NCBI RefSeq assembly: GCF_009914755.1
Contig: NC_060940.1
Direction: 5' to 3' (one strand)
Source of the DNA: the human T2T-CHM13v2.0 reference genome, Homo sapiens
Length of the DNA: 64,000 bases
A model generated the notes under the pieces. It had not been told where the DNA came from and did no database searches. It worked only from the letters and a program-made list of their open reading frames with translations. Position numbers and translations under genes: made by a program. This document shows positions 25,671 through 35,658 of this stretch, in pieces; the first letter of the stretch is position 1, and every line of letters begins with the position of its first letter.

Positions 25671-26364
25671 ACATTTGTTGAGCATAAGTCTGGGATATAG
25701 TTTGGGGTTAGACACAGCTGCAATGGCAGGGAGCAGGGGAAATCCAGGTTAGGGGGCCAGAGTCTCTGCATGGAAGGTCACTACAGGTCAAAGCCCAGTC
25801 AGGCAAGGGGAAGTCAAGACTGAGCAAAGCTAAGAGGAATTTAGGAACAGGGGAAGGTTGACTGTCTGTGCTGGCAGCTGCTCAGTGCAGAAGCTCTGAT
25901 AGCAGAGGTAGGCTTTAGTACATCAGGGAACAGCTACACTTCCATGTGAGTGGGGAGCCCATGAACTAGGTAAGAAGCAGAAAGCAGAGCCTCAGACAAG
26001 GGGACTAGCTATAATGAGTAATAAAGAAACTAAAGTCACCATTAATTGGAGCATGAGGTGGGGAAAAAGGCTCAGGAGCAAGGTAGAAGGAAGCCCAGGA
26101 AATCAAGGTCACAGCTAGTGCCCAAGGTCAATCTGATGAGTAGCCCAGACACCAATGCTGAGAGTCCAGGGGCCTGGGCTGGATGGAGTCCATGTCCTGG
26201 GAGAAGCAGCCAGGATGGCTCTGCCAAGGGGGTCAAGTGGCACCCCAGCTGTGAGCAGACAAGAGCAAAGAGGTTGAGGACCCGGCTGGGCATAACAGGG
26301 CTGGGCAAGATTGTGAAGGAGCAGGAATGGGTACCAGGTGCTTATAATTCCACTTGGCCATTTT

Positions 26365-26700
26365 AATTCAATCACACACATATTTGACGGGTCCTTGTTA
26401 TGTGCTGGGCACTTGAGACACAACTGCAAATAGAACACAGTCCCTGACTTCTGGGAGCTTACAGTCCAGTGGTGAGGCAGATTAATAGAAAATTACGCTT
26501 AGGTGGCTAAGAGTTGGGCACTGTGGGACATCAGTGGGGGCATCTGACCAGCAGGAGGGTCTGGAAGGGCTCTGGTGGAGGCAACCTGGGAACGGGGCAT
26601 GGGGGTGGGTAGGAGGAGACTTATCTACGGAGGAGACTTGTCTACAGAGGACAAAGCAGGTGCAAACTGGAGATTGAAAAAACTCTCGTGCAAATGTGTA
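26365..26700 (-). mobile_element. L2
   Basis: tatgtgctgggcact..cagtccctgacttctgggagcttacagtccagtgg. Confidence 0.7.
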
Positions 26701-26719
26701 AGTAAACTTCGGTGTAAAG

Positions 26720-26886
26720 CAGAGCCTCTCTCGTGCTGCTACTTGCACTTGGGTACCCTGGGGGTTTTTGGAAAGTGCAGGTTCTGATTCAGCAGAACTA
26801 GGGTGGAGCCCGGGATTCTGCATTTCCAGCCAGCTCTCGGGGAGACCCGATGGTGCTGGTTGCAGACCACACTTTCAGTACCAAGA
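26720..26886. mobile_element. MER5A/B
   Basis: tgcaggttctgattcagcagaactagggtggagcccgggattctgcatttcc..gaccacacttt. Confidence 0.75.
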
Positions 26887-27217
26887 GTGTGAAATAGTCT
26901 TATTACAACTTGATATGGAATGACATTGGAAGTTTTCCATGGGCTTTAAAAACAGACAAAGAATAAAGTGGTTCCTGAGGTCGGCTGGTCCCATGATGCA
27001 GGAAAGATGAAAAGCAAACCTGAGTTGATGGGCAGGTGGCCCCCAGGGGTCCTGATTTGGATACAGGATTGACCATGCATGCTCTTGTGCCTGCCATGCT
27101 CCTGACCGTGCAGCACGGGTTGCTATGATGCCACTTTAAAATGATGTCTGGGTTCCTCTTACATATGCAACAGTATTCTACTGGGGGATTTATGTTTCAA
27201 AAATGATGTAATAATTA

Positions 27218-27518
27218 GGCAAGGCACAGTGGCTTACACCTGTAATCTCAGCATTTTGCGGGACTGAGGTGGAAGGACTGCTTGAGCCCAGGAGTTCGAG
27301 ACCAGCCTGGGCAATATAGTGAGACCTTGTCTCTACAAAAAATTTTAAAAATTAGCTGGGCATGTCGGTGGTGTGCCTGTGGTTCCAGCTAGTCAGGAGG
27401 CTAAGGCGGGAGGATTGCTTAAGCTGGGAGGCAGAGGTTGCAGTGAGCCGTGACTGAGCCACTGTACGTCAGTCTGGGCAACAGAGTGAGACCCTGTCTC
27501 AAATAATAATAATAATAA
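27218..27518 (+). mobile_element. AluJ with (AAT)n tail
   Basis: Full dimeric Alu. Confidence 0.95.
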
Positions 27519-29299
27519 GGGTCAGAATAAAGAATCAAGACAGTTTTTTTTTCAGGATAAATGAGGGACGTTGGAAAGAGTTTAGCAAACAAGAAGCAAC
27601 ACCAAGTAGTGTAGGATAAGGATTATTTAGCGGGGGAGAGAGAGAGAGAGAAAGAGAGAGAGGAGGGAGAGGGCAGGAAGGAAACATGAGAATATGAAGA
27701 GAGAGACCTCACACTTCTGCTAGAGGGAATGGTCCATAATCAGTTCTGCTCCTTGAAGAAATTACCTAAAATGTGAACGTTTCTGCTGCCTGGAGGCAGC
27801 TTTTGCTGGCTGGATCACCTCATTCTTTCTGTATTCTTATTGACCTTTGTGGTTGGAATCTGCTCCGTGGCATGCTGAAAATAACCCTGAGAAATAACTT
27901 TTGTTTTCACAGTCATGTTAACTCATTTTCACCTCCTCCTGCAAGATGGTTGTCAGGGCTCTTTCCTGTGAATTTAGGCAGCAGATCCCTTGCAGGTAAG
28001 CTCAGGTGTCATCCTGAGCCCTTGTGAGGTTCTGTGATTTGGGCTCCTCCTGGCTTTGGCAACTGCATTTGTTTTCTCATTGGGCCATTTGTCACTATCC
28101 CCCCATTGTGCATCTGGAAGTCAGTTGTCAAAAAATTCCAACCATCCAGAAGGTAGCCACGAAAACCAAAATGAAGACAAAAAGCCCCAAGATCCACATA
28201 CAGGACCTGAGGACCAGGCATTCAAGCCCGCGTCTTGAGGTCAGGAGGAAGGGCTCCGAGCCCCTTCATCAGTCTTAGTTCCCCTGCAAGTTTAACCTCC
28301 GTGGCTATCAGTGGTTTCAGGCCGTAGCAGTTTATCACGCTGCTAGAGACTGGCGAACTGGGAGCTGCTGAGAAAAGGGCGGTCTCTGCATTCCAGAGAG
28401 GGATGGAGACTGAGACCTCGGGCGTTCAGTGCATCTACAAATGGCTTTCTGCACTTTGATAGGCCCACTCTGCCTGTTCATTTCCCAAACATAGCTGGGG
28501 CAAAAGGACAGAAGGGGGACTTTTCACTTCTTTATATAATTGCAAAAGCGGTGAGGTTATGAGTGATGTTTTCATTTTTTTGTGTTTTTGTTTCAAAAAT
28601 ATTTCGAATGGAAAAAGTTTTCTTCTCTGGGGCAGTGGAAAGGGGCTTTGCCTCCTCCCTTCCCATGCACCACCCCCCACGTCTGCTCCCGAAGCGCCTG
28701 ATTCGTGCTGTGCAGGGTTTGCATGTGCTGCTTCCCTTGGCTGGGGATGCTCTCTCCCCAGCACCTTTTGTGGCTATACCTTTGTGTAAGTCAGATCTCT
28801 CTGCTCAAATGTTGCCTCTGGTGGGGCATGGGTGTGGGTGGGGAGCTCACCCATCCAAAATAGACAACCCCCGTCCCCTTCCACACCCCTCACCCATTTC
28901 TCTTCTTCCCAGCACCCAGCACTCTCTGGAGGGATTCTTTGCTGCCGTGGAACCTCGCTACCACCAGTCCTGAGCATCTAGAGCGCTGGGCTCTGCTTCT
29001 GTTCACTGTGGCCTCCCTGGGCCTAGGATGATGCATGACAGGGGGAAGGTGGCCAGATGGAGGCTGCAGTGCCACACGCGCCTTTCAGCACTGCGATGCA
29101 GAGGTCTCTTGAGAAGCTCTGCTTCCTGCAGTTGGGGTGGCTACCATGTTAAGACCACGTTTCCTGGGTTCAAATCCTAGTTGGGGTTGCTTTTTGGGGT
29201 TCCTTAATATGCCTGTGCCTCAATGTCTTTATCTGTATAATGGGGACAAGACCAGGACCTATCACATGGTGTTATGAGGATTAAATGAATTAGTATACG

Positions 29300-30156
29300 T
29301 GTCAGAGGCATTTGAACCAGAGCAACTGCATCTTGAAAGCAGGCTCTGTAAAATAAGGCTGAGACCTGCTGGGCTACATTCCCAGACAGTTAGACATTCT
29401 AAGTCACAGGATGAGATTGGAGGTCAGCACTAGCTACAGGTCATAAAGACCTTGCTTATAAAACAGCTTGCAGTAAAGAAGCGTCCAAATCCCACCACAA
29501 TCAAGATGGTGATGAGAGTGACCTCTGGCCGTCCTCACTGCTACACTCCCACCAGCTCTGTGACAGTTTACAGATGCCATGGCAACATCAGGAAGTTATC
29601 CTATATGGTTTAAAAAGGGGAGGCATGAATAATTCACCTCTTGTTTAGCATATCGTCAAGAATTAACCATAAAAATGGACAACCAGCAGCCCTCGGGGCT
29701 GCTCTGTCTATGGAGTAGCCATTTATTCCTTTACTTTCCTAATAAACTTGCTTTCACTTTACTCTATGGACTAGCCTCCAATTCATTCATTCATTCATTC
29801 ATTCATTCATTCTTTTCTTTTTTTTTTTTTTTTTTGAGACAGTTTCACTCTGTCACCCAGGCTGGAGTGCAGTGGCGCAATCTTGGCTCACAGCAACCTC
29901 TGCCTCCCAGGTTCACCCTCCTGAGTAGCTGGGACTACAGGCTTCTGCCACTACATCTGGCTAATTTTTGTATTTTTAGTAGAGATGGGTTTTTGTCATG
30001 TTGGCCAGGCTCGTCTCAAACTCTTGGCCTCAAGTGATCCGCCCACCCTGGCCTCCCAAAGTGTTGGGATTACAGGCATGAGTCATGGAATTCTGTCTTA
30101 CATGAGATCCAAGAACCCTTTCTTGAGGTCTGGATCGGGACCCCTTTCTAGTAACA
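29300..30156 (+). mobile_element. MER41A solo LTR (ERV1) with 4-bp TSD TACG and an internal Alu
   Basis: Begins tgtcagaggcatttgaaccagagc, ends ggatcgggacccctttctagtaaca; TACG at 29296-29299 and 30157-30160; lacks the MER41B GAS block (reads ggggaggcatgaataat). Confidence 0.9.
29785..30088 (-). mobile_element. Alu with (TTCA)n/T tail inside MER41A
   Basis: gagacagtttcactctgtcacccaggctgg..gattacaggcatgag. Confidence 0.9.
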
Positions 30157-30206
30157 TACGCAAAACACTTAGCACAAAACACTTCTAGAATCATTCCTAC
30201 AATGAC

Positions 30207-30916
30207 TGAAACTGCCTTTGCAAAAATTATAGCTGGGGAAATTATAACAGAGAAAGAGATCAGACCTAACCAACTCCATCTTGCTTCTAACCTTTAAGCT
30301 GTCCTTGTTCATTCCTGGGTGTAGGCTGAACTAACCTTGGAAAGGAATTTAGTTTCTAGTTTGACTCTGAAACAAAATTGATAATAGCCCTTTCCCACAA
30401 GAAAACCCCTTGTTGTCTGGGGCCCAGTTTGCCTTTGTAGGACTAATAAATTAGCTGCAAGATTAGAAATTACGATTTAGGGGCCCTGCAGCCTCTGGCT
30501 GCGAGTCTGAACCTTCCCAAATTGCTCCTGGGAATGATATCACTATTGTAAAACCTAAGATAAGTGCTTGAGATATTTTGCACCCAAACCCGTCATCTGA
30601 CTCAACCGGTTCTGTGATCCCACCCAGGTACAGAGGACGGCAAGAAAACCTCACTTCAATCCCCGATCATTCCATCTCCAACTCTACCAGCCAGCACTCC
30701 CCACATCCCAAGCTCCTACCCACCAAATTGTCCTTAAAAACTCCAATCCCCGAAGGCTCCCCAGAGGCTCAGGGAGACTGATTTGAGTAATAATAAAGCT
30801 CTGGTCACCCATACAGCCGGCTTTGTGTGATTTACTCTTTCTCCACTGCAATTCCCCTGTCTTGATAAATCAGGTCTGTCTAGGCAGCGGGCAAGGGACC
30901 CTGTTGGGTGGTTACA
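30207..30916 (+). mobile_element. LTR8-family (LTR8A-like, ERV1) solo LTR
   Basis: Begins tgaaactgcctttgcaaaaattata, ends ctgtctaggcagcgggcaagg..ggttaca; TATA-like ccttaaaaa ~30732, AATAAA 30792-30797, AP-1 TGACTCA 30598-30604. Confidence 0.88.
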
Positions 30917-31084
30917 CTATGACTACTGCTAGGACCATTGCCAGTACTACTCATGTACTGAGTTGTTGCGGATACTGCCAGGATCACTCTCGGCAGCACC
31001 ACTGCGGCTACAAGGACTGCACCTGGGGCTTCTGTTACCATTACCACGTGACTACTGCTGCTGTGATGATGTGACTGTGCTGCC

Positions 31085-33214
31085 ATGATCTTCACTGTTC
31101 CTACCGCCTCTGTGACTACCGCCTCTATGACTGACGCTGTTACTACGACTGTAGCCATTTTTCCTACCGCCTCTGTGACTACCGCCTCTATGACTGACGC
31201 TGTTACTACGACTGTAGCCATTGTTCCTACCGCCTCTGTGACTACCGCCTCTATGACCGACGCTGGTACTACGACTGTAGCCATTGTTCCTACCGCCTCT
31301 GTGACTACCGCCTCTATGACCGACGCTGGTACTACGACTGTAGCCATTGTTCCTACCGCCTCTGTGACTACCGCCTCTATGACTGACGCTGGTACTACGA
31401 CTGTAGCCATTGTTCCTACCGCCTCTGTGACTACCGCCTCTATGACTGACGCTGGTACTACGACTGTAGCCATTGTTCCTACCGCCTCTGTGACTACCGC
31501 CTCTATGACTGACGCTGTTACTACGACTGTAGCCATTTTTCCTACCGCCTCTGTGACTACCGCCTCTATGACTGACGCTGTTACTACGACTGTAGCCATT
31601 GTTCCTACCGCCTCTGTGACTACCGCCTCTATGACCGACGCTGGTACTACGACTGTAGCCATTGTTCCTACCGCCTCTGTGACTACCGCCTCTATGACTG
31701 ATGCTGGTACTACGACTGTAGCCATTGTTCCTACCGCCTCTGTGACTACCGCCTCTATGACTGATGCTGTTACTACGACTGTAGCCATTGTTCCTACCGC
31801 CTCTGTGACTACCGCCTCTATGAGTGACGCTGGTACTACGACTGTAGCCATTGTTCCTACCGCCTCTGTGACTACCGCCTCTATGACTGACGCTGGTACT
31901 ACAACTGTAGCCATTGTTCCTACCGCCTCTGTGACTACCGCCTCTATGACTGACGCTGTTACTACGACTGTAGCCATTGTTCCTACCGCCTCTGTGACTA
32001 CCGCCTCTATGAGTGACGCTGGTACTACGACTGTAGCCATTGTTCCTACCGCCTCTGTGACTACCGCCTCTATGACTGACGCTGTTACTACGACTGTAGC
32101 CATTGTTCCTACCGCCTCTGTGACTACCGCCTCTATGACTGACGCTGTTACTACGACTGTAGCCATTGTTCCTACCGCCTCTGTGACTACCGCCTCTATG
32201 AGTGACGCTGTTACTACGACTGTAGCCATTGTTCCTACCGCCTCTGTGACTACCGCCTCTATGACTGACGCTGGTACTACGACTGTAGCCATTGTTCCTA
32301 CCGCCTCTGTGACTACCGCCTCTATGACCGACGCTGTTACTACGACTGTAGCCATTGTTCCTACCGCCTCTGTGACTACCGCCTCTATGACCGACGCTGG
32401 TACTACGACTGTAGCCATTGTTCCTACCGCCTCTGTGACTACCGCCTCTATGAGTGACGCTGTTACTACGACTGTAGCCATTGTTCCTACCGCCTCTGTG
32501 ACTACCGCCTCTATGACCGACGCTGGTACTACGACTGTAGCCATTGTTCCTACCGCCTCTGTGACTACCGCCTCTATGACCGACACTGTTACTACGACTG
32601 TAGCCATTGTTCCTACCGCCTCTGTGACTACCGCCTCTATGACCGACGCTGTTACTACGACTGTAGCCATTGTTCCTACCGCCTCTGTGACTACCGCCTC
32701 TATGACCGACGCTGGTACTACGACTGTAGCCATTGTTCCTACCGCCTCTGTGACTACCGCCTCTATGACCGACGCTGGTACTACGACTGTAGCCATTGTT
32801 CCTACCGCCTCTGTGACTACCGCTTCTGTGACCGACGCTGGTACTACGACTGTAGCCATTGTTCCTACCGCCTCTGTGACTACCGCCTCTGTGACCGACG
32901 CTGTTACTACGACTGTAGCCATTGTTCCTACCGCCTCTGTGACTACCGCCTCTATGACCGACGCTGGTACTACGACTGTAGCCATTGTTCCTACCGCCTC
33001 TGTGACTACCGCCTCTATGACCGACGCTGGTACTACGACTGTAGCCATTGTTCCTACCGCCTCTGTGACTACCGCCTCTATGACTGACGCTGGTACTACG
33101 ACTGTAGCCATTGTTCCTACCACCTCTGTGACTACCGCCTCTATGACTGATATTTCTCCTGCTCCTCCTATTACTCCCTGCACTGCTTCTATCACTGCCA
33201 CGTTACTGCCTTGA
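31085..33214 (+). CDS. Putative 709-aa Thr/Ala/Ser/Val-rich mucin-like repeat ORF (21-aa unit VPTASVTTASMTDA[V/G]TTTVAI); translation unproven
   Basis: Stop-free frame; ATG in gctgccATGa context; ~170 bp downstream of a sense LTR. No signal peptide, and openness may simply follow from a 3n stop-free unit. Confidence 0.2.
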   Translation: MIFTVPTASVTTASMTDAVTTTVAIFPTASVTTASMTDAVTTTVAIVPTASVTTASMTDAGTTTVAIVPTASVTTASMTDAGTTTVAIVPTASVTTASMTDAGTTTVAIVPTASVTTASMTDAGTTTVAIVPTASVTTASMTDAVTTTVAIFPTASVTTASMTDAVTTTVAIVPTASVTTASMTDAGTTTVAIVPTASVTTASMTDAGTTTVAIVPTASVTTASMTDAVTTTVAIVPTASVTTASMSDAGTTTVAIVPTASVTTASMTDAGTTTVAIVPTASVTTASMTDAVTTTVAIVPTASVTTASMSDAGTTTVAIVPTASVTTASMTDAVTTTVAIVPTASVTTASMTDAVTTTVAIVPTASVTTASMSDAVTTTVAIVPTASVTTASMTDAGTTTVAIVPTASVTTASMTDAVTTTVAIVPTASVTTASMTDAGTTTVAIVPTASVTTASMSDAVTTTVAIVPTASVTTASMTDAGTTTVAIVPTASVTTASMTDTVTTTVAIVPTASVTTASMTDAVTTTVAIVPTASVTTASMTDAGTTTVAIVPTASVTTASMTDAGTTTVAIVPTASVTTASVTDAGTTTVAIVPTASVTTASVTDAVTTTVAIVPTASVTTASMTDAGTTTVAIVPTASVTTASMTDAGTTTVAIVPTASVTTASMTDAGTTTVAIVPTTSVTTASMTDISPAPPITPCTASITATLLP
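31097..33151. repeat. 63-bp minisatellite (VNTR), ~32.6 highly homogeneous copies
   Basis: Unit gttcctaccgcctctgtgactaccgcctctatgac(t/c)gacgctg(t/g)tactacgactgtagccatt; internal 15-bp duplication ctaccgcctct(g/a)tga. Confidence 0.98.
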
Positions 33215-33859
33215 CTCTATGATTACTGCTGCTAGTCTAGTGATTACTCCTCTGGTTACCACTATGATCATGGCTGAGACTGTTGCTTCTGCAATAGTGA
33301 CTGCTGTTGCTGCTGGTATTACTGCTACCTTTAGTACTGTAACTCACTTGTGGAGGAATGAAATACCCACCGAGCCCCCTTTTCCGCAGCATCCCCTGCA
33401 GAGTCCTGCCCTGAGTTTTCTCTGATGCCAGACTTTCTGAGCCTCAGTCAGTCGTCCTGGGGTCCTGAGGTGGCGTCATTTAGGGACGGTGCTGTGGGGG
33501 GCTCTGCCGGGCACGCAGGCTGACTTCACCTTAAGCCTGAGCCCAGCCTGATGGAAGTGGTGGTTCTGTGTCCTCTAAGCTCAGGCTTGCTGAGCCTTCC
33601 ACGACCTCAGTGACCCCTTGTTTCTGTGGATGCCATTTTGACCTTTGGTTGTGTACTCAAGCTAACTGACAACTCCTCGGTCATAAAAATTCTCTGCCTT
33701 GAGTTGATGTTCAATGACAGTGTAGGTTTATTGAAAGCAAGTGTGTTCATTATCTAGCACAAGGGTTGAAACATGATTCCTCTGAATGTCCAATATTTGG
33801 ACAACATTTTACAGGTAAAATATTCCTTTAAAGGGATATCTCTGCGTCAGTAATAGCAC

Positions 33860-34040
33860 AGGCACTGGCGCCAGAAGGTCCTTGGTTGGAGGCCCAGATC
33901 TGCCGTCTCCTGACTGTGTGAGCTCAGCTGTCTCCTCCTCTCTCTAAGTCTCTGTTTCTCCATCCATGAAACAGGGGTAAAAGTAGTCACCACCTCCTTC
34001 CTGGGACTCAGGTGAGGACTACATGAGATGATGCTGCTGG
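33860..34040 (+). mobile_element. MIR
   Basis: ctctctaagtctctgtttctccatccatgaaacaggggtaaaagtag. Confidence 0.65.
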
Positions 34041-35240
34041 AACTCAGTGAGGGCCTCACGTCCTGTTTCCTACCTTGACTCAGTGACTGCCACAGAGCAG
34101 AGGCTGATACTGTTTATGGAATAAGTGAATTAAGACATACAGAGCCACATTCCAGGGTGGTGCTGGCAGAAAAGCCAGGTGGGTGAGGCTTTGCTTCCTC
34201 TCCCTCCTCTTACACTGTGTTCCCACGGCCCCCTCTCCCCACTCCTTAAGGTAGAACTGCCCTGGCGGTTCCCTCTGTCTCAGTCACACCCTGTTCCTAG
34301 GATAAGGTATCAGCCGGTGACATCTAGATGCCACTGAAACCAGCAAAGCCCCTCCTTTAGTGCAATGGTGGGTGGACCCTTCCTTTCTATTAGGACTAAC
34401 CATTTATTGGTGAAAAGACTTCAGGCGAGCAGGTGGAGGGGGTGGTTAAGCCTTAAAACATGCCAGTTGGAGGGCACCAGCCTGGCACACACAAGATCAT
34501 CCTCCCCTGCCTTGGTGCTGTACAAATATACGACTGCAGCGTGACTTTAAAGGGAATCTCAGATTGGAGGTGCCCGTACCCTGGTCAATGTTTAACAAAG
34601 GGCTCCCGGCCAACCCCAGGGTGAGGGGTGAGGGGCTTGTCCAAATTCCACTCTCATTGCAAATTGAACTTAAGGAAATGCCTCCTTTCTACAGCCACAC
34701 CGTGAGCTTCCCTTCCTCCTTCTAACCTCTATATGAAGGCACCCTGCAGGGGGCCAGCCTCTCTTCTCTCTCTCCATAACTCTCCCAGACATGAGTTGCT
34801 ACCCGCTAAGATGGCACTTTCATTTGAATGGGAAAAAGGCTTCCTTCCTGGGTGAATGCAGACCTGCAGGCCTAGGGGTTGGTGAGCTAACTACCAGGGC
34901 TTTTGTGCGAAGAAAAAGGTGTTCCTACAAGACAGCTCACAGCTTGGACTTTAGCCCCACTTGAGACAGAAGCACTTTGTGCAGTGCACAAACCACACCA
35001 CTGTATGCAGCAGATCTTTTCAAATGCCTGATCCGTTGGCCTTGAAAACTCAGTGGTGGGATCTCCCAGCAGCCACGCAGTTATGTTTCCTCAGAATAGC
35101 TGGGTTGCTAAACGAGTTGGAAAACAAAGTCACAAAAAAAAAAAAACAATGATCTGGAATTAAATATCCTCAAACCAAAGTTCTAGACAGCAGCTGCTTC
35201 CCAAATGAACCAAATTTGTAAGTATGAAAAACCTACTCCC

Positions 35241-35658
<418 letters not shown>

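Larger units (their letters stand above)
29150..30180 (+). mobile_element. MIR split by the MER41 LTR insertion
   Basis: ctgggttcaaatcc..ctgtgcctcaatgtctttatctgtataatgggga..gaggattaaatgaattagtatacg, resuming as caaaacacttagcaca after the LTR. Confidence 0.8.

Noticed and set aside
29300-30916. Two adjacent LTRs read as the ends of one provirus
   Set aside because: They are different families, 50 bp apart with no internal gag/pol, and MER41A has its own TSD
31085-33214. Calling the repeat ORF a known mucin gene exon
   Set aside because: The unit matches no mucin repeat I recognise, and there is no signal-peptide, SEA, vWD or cystine-knot exon nearby and no clear flanking splice acceptor
34800-34820. 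Possible CTCF site ccgctaagatggcac
   Set aside because: An extra base breaks the core spacing
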